In this document: piece by piece, positions 19,791 through 27,834 of the stretch
Numbering within the stretch: the first letter of the stretch is position 1
Layout of the letters: every line of letters starts with the position of its first letter
From: a virus
Length of the DNA stretch: 33,348 nucleotides
Reading direction: 5' to 3' (one strand)
Virus record (IMG/VR): IMGVR_UViG_3300045988_141923
Span: 1 to 33,348 of that record
Program-made: the position numbers and the translations under genes
Notes under the pieces: generated by a model
What the model saw: the letters and a program-made list of their open reading frames with translations, nothing else
The model's database searches: none
Told to the model about the DNA's origin: nothing

Positions 19791-20051
19791 TCACATCCTA
19801 TATTCCTCCATTAGATATTTCATAACATCAACCTTACTATAGCATTCTTCTTTTTGTTCATATCTATCTTGTAATTCAAATTCATCTGTTTCTCCATTAT
19901 ATACTTCTACTTGTTCTTTTTTTAATATTTGATATTTAGTGCAGTACTTACAATTTTTTTCACTATAAAATTGAAAACTGTTTATTTTATATATTTTTCC
20001 TTTTGTAGATAAAGCATATAATAATTTATTAATGTTTTGATTTATATTCAT
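19791..20051 (-). CDS. hypothetical phage protein
   Basis: Compactly placed ORF. Confidence 0.5.
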   Translation of the reverse strand: MNINQNINKLLYALSTKGKIYKINSFQFYSEKNCKYCTKYQILKKEQVEVYNGETDEFELQDRYEQKEECYSKVDVMKYLMEEYRM

Positions 20052-20056
20052 ATCTT

Positions 20057-20413
20057 TTACCTCAAAAAATTTATTGCATCGCCTATATATCCTAATTCTC
20101 TTTTTAATTTCATTGAATTATATTGCTTTACTATTTCATTTATAAAATCATTGCTACTCGCTACTATTTCGCATACATCTTCATAGCTGAATGTTTTATC
20201 GTCGTTTTGATTATGACCATATTCATACATCCACACATGTGTTAATTCATGTTTTAATGTCTTAATTATATTTGCTTGATCTTTTAGTAACATTATTTTT
20301 TGAGTTCTATATATTGTTACTCCTAAAGTACCATCACTCTTCATCTCATTATTTATTGTGGCTTCGTCTACTTCTTCTATTGTCCATTCAGTATTGTTTA
20401 TTTTGAATTTCAT
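20057..20413 (-). CDS. small metallopeptidase-like protein with HELTHVW
   Basis: RBS GGAG before ATG at 20413 (MKFKINNTEW); LKHELTHVWMYEYGHN. Confidence 0.7.
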   Translation of the reverse strand: MKFKINNTEWTIEEVDEATINNEMKSDGTLGVTIYRTQKIMLLKDQANIIKTLKHELTHVWMYEYGHNQNDDKTFSYEDVCEIVASSNDFINEIVKQYNSMKLKRELGYIGDAINFLR

Positions 20414-20511
20414 TATTTCTCTCCTTTTTTCTCTTTTTCTTAGTAGGAAAGCATTTCTCATAATTTCTGCATCCATGGCAGAACTTTCTCATACATTTAT
20501 CAATATTCATC

Positions 20512-20730
20512 TTAATATTCTTGTGTAAAGCCCATTAGTGCTTTCTTTTGTTTTGCTATTCTTGATTTTGACTTTTTATACCCTTTTATTTTATTTTCGT
20601 CTCTTTTATAATCTGTGCATTTTGCTATTATCATGTTGTCTAGTTTTATTAGTGTTATTCCTTTTTCACATACTTTACTTTTACATGTTTCACACATATA
20701 TTTTCGAAAACTATTTATCATAATAGCCAC
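20512..20730 (-). CDS. small Cys-containing hypothetical protein
   Basis: RBS AGAGGTGG upstream; CETCKSKVCEKG...KCTDYKR. Confidence 0.6.
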   Translation of the reverse strand: MAIMINSFRKYMCETCKSKVCEKGITLIKLDNMIIAKCTDYKRDENKIKGYKKSKSRIAKQKKALMGFTQEY

Positions 20731-20754
20731 CTCTTTTGTTTTTTAATAAAACAC

Positions 20755-20844
20755 TATGTAATGATATATGCAGGAAATAAGTTAACGCCATACATACTTC
20801 CTGCCTTTGTATGGTCTTATATAACTTTAACATATCACTACATA
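20755..20844 (-). other. structured noncoding element, possible pseudoknot
   Basis: 13-bp outer stem (20844-20832 with 20767-20755, one G-U), inner GCAGGAA/TTCCTGC, crossing CCATAC/GTATGG. Confidence 0.5.
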
Positions 20845-20861
20845 CTATTTTATTCAGAAAA

Positions 20862-20896
20862 ATAGAGCCACCCTGTAATCTACAAAGTAGCTCTAT
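20862..20896 (-). terminator. long-stem intrinsic terminator
   Basis: Minus strand ATAGAGCTACTTTGT...ACAGGGTGGCTCTAT then TTTTT. Confidence 0.75.
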
Positions 20897-20918
20897 AAAA
20901 GATTTTTCCATGCAAAAA

Positions 20919-20938
20919 GAGCAACCATTTGGTTGCTC
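20919..20938 (-). terminator. intrinsic terminator of the high-GC gene
   Basis: GAGCAACC-AAAT-GGTTGCTC followed by TTTTT on the minus strand. Confidence 0.85.
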
Positions 20939-20952
20939 CCTTTGCCTAAGAA

Positions 20953-21180
20953 TTAGTCGTGATGACCGTGTTCATTAGTGTCTCCATTGTACCAGTCATG
21001 AGAATGGCCCTTACTCGAGTCGCTCGGACCGTATACATCGATTCGAGTGTCTGTCTCTCTGACAGTTCCTCCTGTACTGGTCTCGTAGGTGAACTTACCT
21101 CTGCCAGCATCCAGGATATCGTCTTCAAGAGACTGTGAACCCTCACGCGATGTCGAATACCTTCCGTCCCACTTGCTCAT
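20953..21180 (-). CDS. 75-aa acidic, His-rich-tail orphan protein encoded at about 50% GC
   Basis: RBS AGGAGGT before ATG at 21180; MSKWDGRYSTSREGSQSLEDD...SHDWYNGDTNEHGHHD; own promoter and terminators. Confidence 0.8.
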   Translation of the reverse strand: MSKWDGRYSTSREGSQSLEDDILDAGRGKFTYETSTGGTVRETDTRIDVYGPSDSSKGHSHDWYNGDTNEHGHHD

Positions 21181-21193
21181 AATGATACCTCCT

Positions 21194-21209
21194 AGCATTA
21201 CAATGCTAT
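21194..21209. repeat. palindrome TAGCATT-AC-AATGCTA next to the RBS
   Basis: Perfect 7-bp arms. Confidence 0.7.
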
Positions 21210-21239
21210 GTTATTTTTGCAAAACGAATTTGCTATTTA

Positions 21240-21268
21240 ATATTACCACTTTATGTCTACTTTGTCAA
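21240..21268 (-). promoter_or_regulatory. strong promoter of the high-GC gene
   Basis: Minus strand TTGACA (21268-21263), 17 nt, TAATAT (21245-21240). Confidence 0.85.
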
Positions 21269-21387
21269 TACTTTTTTAAGCTTAACTAGAATTGCTTCAA
21301 AACTTATATAATATATTTATTCAGAAAGGAGGTTCTATCAATAAAACTTTATATTAACTTATCTAGTATCGTTAATTGCATACAAAA

Positions 21388-21416
21388 ATAGAGACAAACT
21401 GTTTCCAATTCGTCTC
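21388..21416 (-). terminator. intrinsic terminator after the late regulator gene
   Basis: Minus strand GAGACGAATTG-GAAA-CAGTTTGTCTC then TATTTTT. Confidence 0.75.
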
Positions 21417-21474
21417 CGCAAAACTTTTATGTTTTTTTACCTAGTATTATTAAAACATATTTCTTAGTCGTGTT

Positions 21475-21945
21475 TCAACCTTTTTTGTCGTGTTCTTTAT
21501 ATTTTTTTAATGCTTCTCCATATAGTTTACATGTCCACTTATATTCTTTGTTAATTATATTTGCAACTTCTGTAAGGTTCTTGCCTTTTATGTATTTAAA
21601 ATATAATATGTTCTTATATGGTTGTTCTAACATATCTATTTTGTTTTCTATCTCTTCTTTAGACTTATACATATCTATTAATTGTCTATATTTACTATTC
21701 TTTAATTCAACTATTTTTGTGGCATACTCGCCTATCTTATCCTGGATTATCGGAGTTCCTTTTGGCATGTCACTTAATTCTGTTGTTATTTTTTCTGCTT
21801 TTGTTATTAACTCTTCCAAATCCTGTTCTTTTTCTTTTAACAGTTCCTTATTGTATAAATAAGCACTTAACTCTTTTTTAGTTTCTTCCATCCCTTCCTC
21901 CTTTGTTACATACTCTTCTTCCGTATTCATCTTTATATAGTACAT
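21475..21945 (-). CDS. RinA/ArpU-like late transcription regulator (sigma-like C-terminus)
   Basis: MLEQPYKNILYFKYIKGKNLTEVANIINKEYKWTCKLYGEALKKYKEH. Confidence 0.65.
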   Translation of the reverse strand: MYYIKMNTEEEYVTKEEGMEETKKELSAYLYNKELLKEKEQDLEELITKAEKITTELSDMPKGTPIIQDKIGEYATKIVELKNSKYRQLIDMYKSKEEIENKIDMLEQPYKNILYFKYIKGKNLTEVANIINKEYKWTCKLYGEALKKYKEHDKKG

Positions 21946-22041
21946 GATTAGGGTATTCTTTTACTTTTTTCATACCTCTATAAATTTCTGGTACTTCCAT
22001 TATCTTTTGTCTCCTTTACTTTCTTTTCTTCCTCGTTCATA

Positions 22042-22371
22042 TTATTTCTCCTTTTCTAATAATTCTTGTAAAACTTTTATCTGCTCTAATAAATCACTGC
22101 CACCCCAATAGCCTTTCTCGTCTGTCAGCTCTTCTACTTTCTTTTTTAATTCTTCTATCTTATCTTTTACTTTTTGAACTGTAATATAATTTTTATATTT
22201 TATAAAGTTAGTGCTTTCAATATCTGTTACTTGTTTTTTAAAGGCTTTTAATTCTTCATTCTCTTTTAATAAACAATCCACTATTTCAAAGAAAAAATCA
22301 GGTTCTATTGTGTTTATTATATTCCTATTTCTTTTTAACTCTTCATATGATTTTAATACTTCCTCGTTCAT
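22042..22371 (-). CDS. hypothetical coiled-coil protein
   Basis: ORF with packed neighbours. Confidence 0.5.
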   Translation of the reverse strand: MNEEVLKSYEELKRNRNIINTIEPDFFFEIVDCLLKENEELKAFKKQVTDIESTNFIKYKNYITVQKVKDKIEELKKKVEELTDEKGYWGGSDLLEQIKVLQELLEKEK

Positions 22372-22647
22372 TTATTCCTCACTTTCCTGATAATTGAGAT
22401 AATCACACATCTTATTTTCTTTTAACAAAAATCTTCTTATTCTTTCTATTAATTCGTCTTTTTTCTCGTTCTCTTTTAATACTCTTTTATAGTCTGATAA
22501 AATATGTTGCATAGATTTTGGTATTTCCAAATCTACTGTTTCCCAGCCACCATTTTTAAAGAAATCACTGTCTGTTTCATTTATAGCACTATGTGCTAAA
22601 TAATTTTCAACTATTTTTATATCTTCTTCAATATTATTTTCCTTCAC
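22372..22647 (-). CDS. hypothetical protein
   Basis: ORF in tightly packed early operon. Confidence 0.5.
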   Translation of the reverse strand: MKENNIEEDIKIVENYLAHSAINETDSDFFKNGGWETVDLEIPKSMQHILSDYKRVLKENEKKDELIERIRRFLLKENKMCDYLNYQESEE

Positions 22648-22808
22648 TTATAACTCCCCCCCACAAGTTTTTGTTTATTGTTTCTATCTATTCCTACATA
22701 GCAACCTGTATCTTCTTCTTTTATATCTTTCCCTGGAAATAAGAAGCATTTATTGTTTATATTATTCATACAATCTTTGCATTTTACTAAATCTTCAAAT
22801 AATTGCAT
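22644..22808 (-). CDS. small Cys-rich protein
   Basis: RBS AGAGGTGG before ATG at 22808; CKDCMNNINNKCFLFPG. Confidence 0.6.
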   Translation of the reverse strand: MQLFEDLVKCKDCMNNINNKCFLFPGKDIKEEDTGCYVGIDRNNKQKLVGGSYK

Positions 22809-22963
22809 TAAAACCACCTCTTTCCGCACTTTTCACACTTATATATAAAGTGATCTATTTTCATATCTAAATCTTCACATTCCATTCTTCCACCACATTC
22901 AGGACAATGCAAACTAAATATATCTTTAATTTTTTCTATTATTCTTTTTATTTTTTCTTTCAC
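22808..22963 (-). CDS. 51-aa zinc-ribbon protein, GTG start (not in ORF track)
   Basis: VKEKIKRII...HCPECGGRMECE...YKCEKCGKRWF*; AGGAGG upstream. Confidence 0.6.
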   Translation of the reverse strand: MKEKIKRIIEKIKDIFSLHCPECGGRMECEDLDMKIDHFIYKCEKCGKRWF

Positions 22964-23391
22964 TTAAAATACCTCCTAGCTTTTGTCTTATTTCATTTTC
23001 AAATTTTTTTCTTGCTTCTTCGGCTTCTAATATCGTATTATATCTTCCTAAATTGTATGTTTTTCGTTGATATTGATATGTTGCTTTCCATTTATTTCTA
23101 CTTTTATCGAAACAGACTCCGTTTAATTCCAGATTTATTATTTTTGTTTAATTTATCACTAAAAATTCTATCTGGTTGTGTTCCATTTTTGTATCTTTTT
23201 TTAACTTGTTCTTTTTGGTAGCATTTACAAGAAACTGTATCTCCATTAAGTAGCTCTTTACTTCTTACTTTTACAGTATTGCCACAATCACATTTACACT
23301 CATATACAACATGTCCATCTTTACTTCTTTCTTTTAATTCCTTAACTACACTTAATCTTCCAAACCTATCTCCAATTTTAACTCTTTTCAT
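22926..23391 (-). CDS. AP2-type phage DNA-binding protein; needs +1 shift at CGG (23121-23119)
   Basis: 0-frame ...NKNNKSGIK-R-SLFR*; +1 gives NKSGIK-G-VCFDKSRNKWKATYQYQRKTYNLGRYNTILEAEEARKKFENEIRQKL. Confidence 0.8.
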
Positions 23392-23620
23392 TCCATCCTA
23401 ATTCCTCTACTTTTTTATTTATTGCTTGTAGTTCTTGCACATTTATATTTGCACTTTCTCCTGTTCCTAACTCTACGCATACAATTTTATCAATTAGTCC
23501 AAAAACTATTTCTTTATCAAAAAACTGTCCTTCTTTTTCATAATCAATTCTTACATTACTTTCAATTATTTTTTCATACCCTAACTCTTCAAAAACTTCA
23601 TCAGCTGTTTTTTCTTTCAC
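23378..23620 (-). CDS. hypothetical phage protein
   Basis: Packed ORF. Confidence 0.5.
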   Translation of the reverse strand: MKEKTADEVFEELGYEKIIESNVRIDYEKEGQFFDKEIVFGLIDKIVCVELGTGESANINVQELQAINKKVEELGWNEKS

Positions 23621-23811
23621 TATGTATCACTCCTCTCAAAATTTCTACAAGTATAATTAGGCTCATATTCTGGAATTAAAAATTTGTCACTTAATGTACA
23701 AATTTCTACTTCATCTACTATTTTTGCTGTTTTATAAAATTTACAACTTTTGCATAATCCTCTTGTGTTAGTAATTTGTTTTTCTATAAATTTTGTTGCA
23801 CTAAATGACAT
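23620..23811 (-). CDS. small Cys-rich hypothetical protein
   Basis: CKSCKFYKTAKIVDEVEICTL...YTCRNF. Confidence 0.5.
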   Translation of the reverse strand: MSFSATKFIEKQITNTRGLCKSCKFYKTAKIVDEVEICTLSDKFLIPEYEPNYTCRNFERSDT

Positions 23812-23866
23812 ATCTTATTTACTCCTCTCTTTTATTTTTGACATATTCCCTCCTTCAATTTCTTAT

Positions 23867-23986
23867 CTAAACTTCATTTCCCCAACAATCCCAACCATCT
23901 ACTGTTTGTCTTGCAAATAATTCTATTCTTGGCAAGTCACCTAACAACTGCACTATTCTTTCTCTAGCAGAATCTGGTTTTCTGCT
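23867..23986 (-). pseudogene. C-terminal remnant of an MT-A70/adenine-specific DNA methyltransferase
   Basis: SRKPDSARERIVQLLGDLPRIELFARQTVDGWDCWGNEV*, with no upstream body. Confidence 0.75.
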
Positions 23987-24193
23987 GATAATAATGCTCC
24001 ATTTTCAACTGTTGCTTTTCCGTCCTCTTGATTTCTCCTGTATATGATGATAAGTTAATTGTTTCATTCTGTGATATTGTGCTTTACCAGTATATTTTCT
24101 TTCCGTATCAGGTCTTAAATGTAGTTTTTCTATAAAGCACTCTTTGCCATATAATTTTATCAATGCTTCTTTTGCTTTTTTATTACTACTCAT
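23953..24193 (-). CDS. HNH-type protein, possibly truncated at its C-terminus; needs +1 shift at CGG (24022-24020)
   Basis: KQLTYHHIQEKSRG-[CGGA: G]-KATVENGALLSAEN. Confidence 0.75.
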
Positions 24194-24211
24194 AGCCTTC
24201 TCCTTTGCTTC

Positions 24212-24607
24212 TTAAATCTCGTCTAGCTCTACAACAACTTTATCTGCTGTTCCGTATTGTTTAAAGAGTAACAAAGTAGTAACTTGATTATCATCTTTAT
24301 AAGCTAGTCCATTTAATGCGTCTAGTATTATTTTTGCTATATTATCTATGTCTGGCTTATGCATATAGCCTTGTTCCCAGTCTATTAACTCTGCTCTTTT
24401 CTTTTTGCTTAATCTTCTAGGTGGCTCAAATACTGCTGTTATTTTCATTTTTATTTCTCTTTCGCTTGGTTCTACCTTGTATTTGTTTTTAAAGCTTAAC
24501 TTCACTAAATCTTCATAATCTCTTGTTTTTTGTGGTGTATATGTACCATATTTTCCTAGCCTTGGTCTTCCCTTTCCTGTTGGCTTTCCTAATATTTCAA
24601 ATTTCAT
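24212..24607 (-). CDS. rusA: RusA-like Holliday junction resolvase
   Basis: GKPTGKGRPRLGKYGTYTP...KPDIDNIAKIILDALNGLAYKDD. Confidence 0.9.
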   Translation of the reverse strand: MKFEILGKPTGKGRPRLGKYGTYTPQKTRDYEDLVKLSFKNKYKVEPSEREIKMKITAVFEPPRRLSKKKRAELIDWEQGYMHKPDIDNIAKIILDALNGLAYKDDNQVTTLLLFKQYGTADKVVVELDEI

Positions 24608-24741
24608 ATTTTCATTTGTTCTCCTTCCACTAGTTTAAATTTCAGTTGCTCTATTGTGAAATACTCACACTCTTCTACTCCTTTGAAGTTTTTATCTTCT
24701 AACTTATTACATCCTAAACATTTCTTGCATAATTCTGTCAT
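24604..24741 (-). CDS. 45-aa Cys-containing small protein (not in ORF track)
   Basis: MTELCKKCLGCNKLEDKNFKGVEECEYFTIEQLKFKLVEGEQMKI. Confidence 0.55.
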   Translation of the reverse strand: MTELCKKCLGCNKLEDKNFKGVEECEYFTIEQLKFKLVEGEQMKI

Positions 24742-24744
24742 AAG

Positions 24745-25563
24745 CTAATCCTCAAATATGGTATTTTCATCCACTTGTGAGTTGTCTGTTATTTTAACTG
24801 TCATTTTAGGATTAATTTTTATTATCAATTCTGTTTCTTTCGCGTTGAATGGTAAAAAGCTTGAACTGTAATTTGTTATACTTTTTAAATATTCTCCTTG
24901 CTTTACAAATGTTGCTTTATCTTTTAGTTCTATTCCATCTCTTAAAGAATATATATAAGCTTTCCTTCCAACAAAGTTTATCTCTTTGTCTCTGTATTCT
25001 GGATATTCATTAATAAAACTTTTATAGATTTCATTAAATTCAGTTTTTAACTCATACAGAAATCTTGGAACATCTTTTTCTATATAATTTTTTATTATCT
25101 CATCTTCAAAGAATGTTTTTGGTTTTCCGTCACAAATTATATGTATTAAGTTATTTGTAAAGTCTTTCTCTGGAATATATATTAGCGGATGTGAAAATAT
25201 ATTTGTTTCTATTTTGTATCCTCCACCTTCCATTTCGTGCAAATATCTCATATTTATAACAAATGTATTTCCTATTTTTCCTATTTTGTTGTTAGGTTCA
25301 TTAAGTTTTGCATAGCATTCATCTTCCTTATATTTTCTTTTAAACTCATTATATTTAATTGCTCTACTTGTATATCCTGTAATATTTTCTTTTCTTCCAT
25401 ATTTACAATTTGGTCCTATTCTTCCTGCACAAAAACATTTACCTTTTTTGTAAAAACTACATTCTTTATATTTCTCACAATATGTTATATCTGCATTTAA
25501 CGCTTTTTCTCTTCCTCCAAAAATACTTTTCCCACCATATAAATCGATATTTATTTTTTCCAT
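24745..25563 (-). CDS. hypothetical protein with N-terminal Cys cluster
   Basis: CEKYKECSFYKKGKCFCAGRIGPNCKYG. Confidence 0.6.
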   Translation of the reverse strand: MEKINIDLYGGKSIFGGREKALNADITYCEKYKECSFYKKGKCFCAGRIGPNCKYGRKENITGYTSRAIKYNEFKRKYKEDECYAKLNEPNNKIGKIGNTFVINMRYLHEMEGGGYKIETNIFSHPLIYIPEKDFTNNLIHIICDGKPKTFFEDEIIKNYIEKDVPRFLYELKTEFNEIYKSFINEYPEYRDKEINFVGRKAYIYSLRDGIELKDKATFVKQGEYLKSITNYSSSFLPFNAKETELIIKINPKMTVKITDNSQVDENTIFED

Positions 25564-25572
25564 AACTACCTC

Positions 25573-25824
25573 CTAAATCTGTGTTATATGGTTCATATTC
25601 TCTGAAACCATATCTGCTAAATAATATCTTTTATAATCTGTCTTTTCTCCAAATCTGTTTGTATTGCTTTCCCATTCAGTCTTAAACTCGTAGCCCTCTT
25701 TTTTGAGCTGGTCTATTCTTGCTCCTAGCTGTGTTATTCCTAAGTCTGCGTATGCTTCCCAGCTAGATATTGAACCGAACTCTCGTATGTAATTTATAAT
25801 TCTATCTTTTTGTGCTATTTTCAT
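25573..25824 (-). CDS. winged-helix/HTH protein
   Basis: DRIINYIREFGSISSWEAYADLGITQLGARIDQLKKEGYEF. Confidence 0.7.
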   Translation of the reverse strand: MKIAQKDRIINYIREFGSISSWEAYADLGITQLGARIDQLKKEGYEFKTEWESNTNRFGEKTDYKRYYLADMVSENMNHITQI

Positions 25825-26375
25825 ACTTTTACTCTCCTTCTAAAGTTTTCTCTTATGATATTTTTTATATCTTCGCTTATTATTGGGCTATTTTGAAGCA
25901 TTTTCATACTTCTAACTATTTCATCGTTTGTTGGTTTGTTTTCTTGTATATTTAGCCCTGTTTCTGCTATTGTTGGTATATAATATTTGCTTTTATTTTT
26001 AGGGTCTGCACATTTTGTTCCGTCATATCTTTCACACCTTCCGCAATCGCATACAGCTGAATATTTATATTTTTTGTTGTTTATCTCTTTTGTATAAAAT
26101 ACGTAACCTGCTCCGTTGCATTTTTTACAACTACTTTTTATTTCTCTTTCTTCTTTTTTTGCTGTGTAAGGTATTTGTTTATGTACTTGTAAAATATCTG
26201 CTAATCTAGGCATAAATTTGTTTGTTCTGTAGATGTCTGATAATATATAATTAAATCTTTCTACACTCATAAACTTTAGATTTTCATACCAAATATCTCT
26301 TTCAACTTCGTTTAATTTTTGTCCATAAAAATTTTCTATTTGGTTTATATAGCACTTAAATTCTTTTCTATCCAT
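25821..26375 (-). CDS. replication accessory / helicase-loader-like protein with zinc motif
   Basis: CKKCNGAGYVFY...AVCDCGRCERYDG, next to the replication initiator. Confidence 0.55.
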   Translation of the reverse strand: MDRKEFKCYINQIENFYGQKLNEVERDIWYENLKFMSVERFNYILSDIYRTNKFMPRLADILQVHKQIPYTAKKEEREIKSSCKKCNGAGYVFYTKEINNKKYKYSAVCDCGRCERYDGTKCADPKNKSKYYIPTIAETGLNIQENKPTNDEIVRSMKMLQNSPIISEDIKNIIRENFRRRVKV

Positions 26376-27090
26376 CTTTTTTTACCCATTCATCCCAATC
26401 CTTTTCTTGTTTTTTAGGCTGATTTCTCTTTACTGCGTCTACTACCCATTTTTTTATACAAAGATAATGAGATTTGGCTTTGTATCCTTTCATTTCAATG
26501 TACTCGTCTAAATATTTGATAAGCTCCTCCCAGTTTTGGTAATTTTCTTTCAGTGTCTGCAATTCTTCATCTTTCAACAGCACATTTTTATACTCTCCGT
26601 ATTTATGTTTTCTGTTGGCTTTTGCAGTATCAGCTGAAGAAGCTTCTTCGGAAGCTGGTAAATTATCTATACTATCCTTACCTAACCTATCCTTACCTAA
26701 CCTATCCTGTGTCGACGGTTCGTCGACGGTTCGTTGACTAATATTATTAATTAATCTATAGCTCTTATTTTCATCTAATATTAACATAGCTTTTTGTTCT
26801 TTATATTGTGTTTCATTATAAGTATCTTTTCTTATGTAATTATGAATTAACCAATGCTTTATTACGACTATTCCATTTTCAAAAGGAATAACAAATTTCT
26901 TCGCAATGAGGACTTTCAAATCGTCATCTGACGCTCCTGTCATTCTTATTATTTTTTTAGGACTATTTATGAATCCGTCGTCATCTGCTCTCATAGATAA
27001 ATCATAATAAAGCAATCTTGCTGATGTAGGCATGTCCAGAAAAGCGTCACTATCTATTATTGTTTTAGCAAACATCCTTCGTTCTGCCAT
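26368..27090 (-). CDS. phage replisome organizer / replication initiator
   Basis: MAERRMFAKTIIDSDAFLDMPTSARLLYYDLSMRADDDGFINSPKKIIRMTG. Confidence 0.8.
   Translation of the reverse strand: MAERRMFAKTIIDSDAFLDMPTSARLLYYDLSMRADDDGFINSPKKIIRMTGASDDDLKVLIAKKFVIPFENGIVVIKHWLIHNYIRKDTYNETQYKEQKAMLILDENKSYRLINNISQRTVDEPSTQDRLGKDRLGKDSIDNLPASEEASSADTAKANRKHKYGEYKNVLLKDEELQTLKENYQNWEELIKYLDEYIEMKGYKAKSHYLCIKKWVVDAVKRNQPKKQEKDWDEWVKKDG
26672..26738. repeat. two adjacent tandem arrays (15-bp x2 plus partial; 11-bp x2 plus partial), candidate origin iterons
   Basis: CTATCCTTACCTAAC x2 + CTATCC; GTCGACGGTTC x2 + GTTGAC; AT-rich TAATATTATTAATTAAT adjacent. Confidence 0.75.
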
Positions 27091-27130
27091 TTCTTTCTCC
27101 TTTCGTAAAAATCAGAGGTTAAGTTTGTGC

Positions 27131-27386
27131 CTAACCTCTGTTGCTATTTTTAATTTTTATTTCTCCAGTATGTATTTTTGTATGGCATATTCTACATACT
27201 TCTATTAAATTTTCTTTTGTGTCATTTCCTCCAGAGCCTTTTGTTTTTATGTGGTGTTTTTCTGTTTGTCCTTTTTTACCACATATTTCACATATTCCGT
27301 TTTTTATCTTGCAAAAGTTTTTTATTTTTTATTCTTTTTTCTTTAGGTACTGGATTAAATGAATTATTTAGATTTGTTACTATCAT
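27131..27386 (-). CDS. HNH endonuclease; needs +1 shift at CGG (27299-27297)
   Basis: MIVTNLNNSFNPVPKEKRIKNKKLLQDKK-G-ICEICGKKGQTEKHHIKTKGSGGNDTKENLIEVCRICHTKIHTGEI; neither half reaches 60 aa in the track. Confidence 0.8.
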
Positions 27387-27825
27387 TTTCTATATACCTC
27401 AACTTTTCTATTTCACTTGGGGTCAATGTAGGTATTCCTAGTTGCTGTGCTTCTTGTATTACCCCATCCAAAAGTACTCTAAATTCGTTTTTGTCCATTT
27501 GAGAACTGCCTTCATATACTTTATATATTTTGAAATTTACTCCGCTTATTTTAGCTTCTCGTTCGAAACCGTAGTATTTAAAAAACTTTGATACATCTAT
27601 ATCAGCTCTTATTGTTACTAACATTGATTGAGAATAGTCTTTTATCATTTTTAAATGCGTATCATCTTTTGATAATCTCATTTTGTTTGCAATTTCATTA
27701 ATTAAACTCCACAAATACGCATTTTGTGTAAGAGTTCTTTTTTCTTTATGTTCTTTTATCTCAAATAGCTTTTCTCTTTTTTGATTAAACAACCATTTTA
27801 CTAACGTTTCTGCTGTCCCTATCAT
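27364..27825 (-). CDS. NinB-like recombination protein
   Basis: KRTLTQNAYLWSLINEIANKMRLSKDD...LGIPTLTPSE. Confidence 0.75.
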   Translation of the reverse strand: MIGTAETLVKWLFNQKREKLFEIKEHKEKRTLTQNAYLWSLINEIANKMRLSKDDTHLKMIKDYSQSMLVTIRADIDVSKFFKYYGFEREAKISGVNFKIYKVYEGSSQMDKNEFRVLLDGVIQEAQQLGIPTLTPSEIEKLRYIENDSNKSK

Positions 27826-27834
27826 AATTACCTC

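Noticed and set aside
20711-20911. 66-aa minus-strand ORF
   Set aside because: It spans a clear terminator hairpin and the structured element; no good RBS.
20946-21146. Alternative 66-aa ORF overlapping the high-GC gene
   Set aside because: The 20953..21180 frame has the ideal RBS, promoter and terminator.
26672-26738. CRISPR array
   Set aside because: Units are 11 and 15 bp, contiguous, without spacers, and inside a coding gene.
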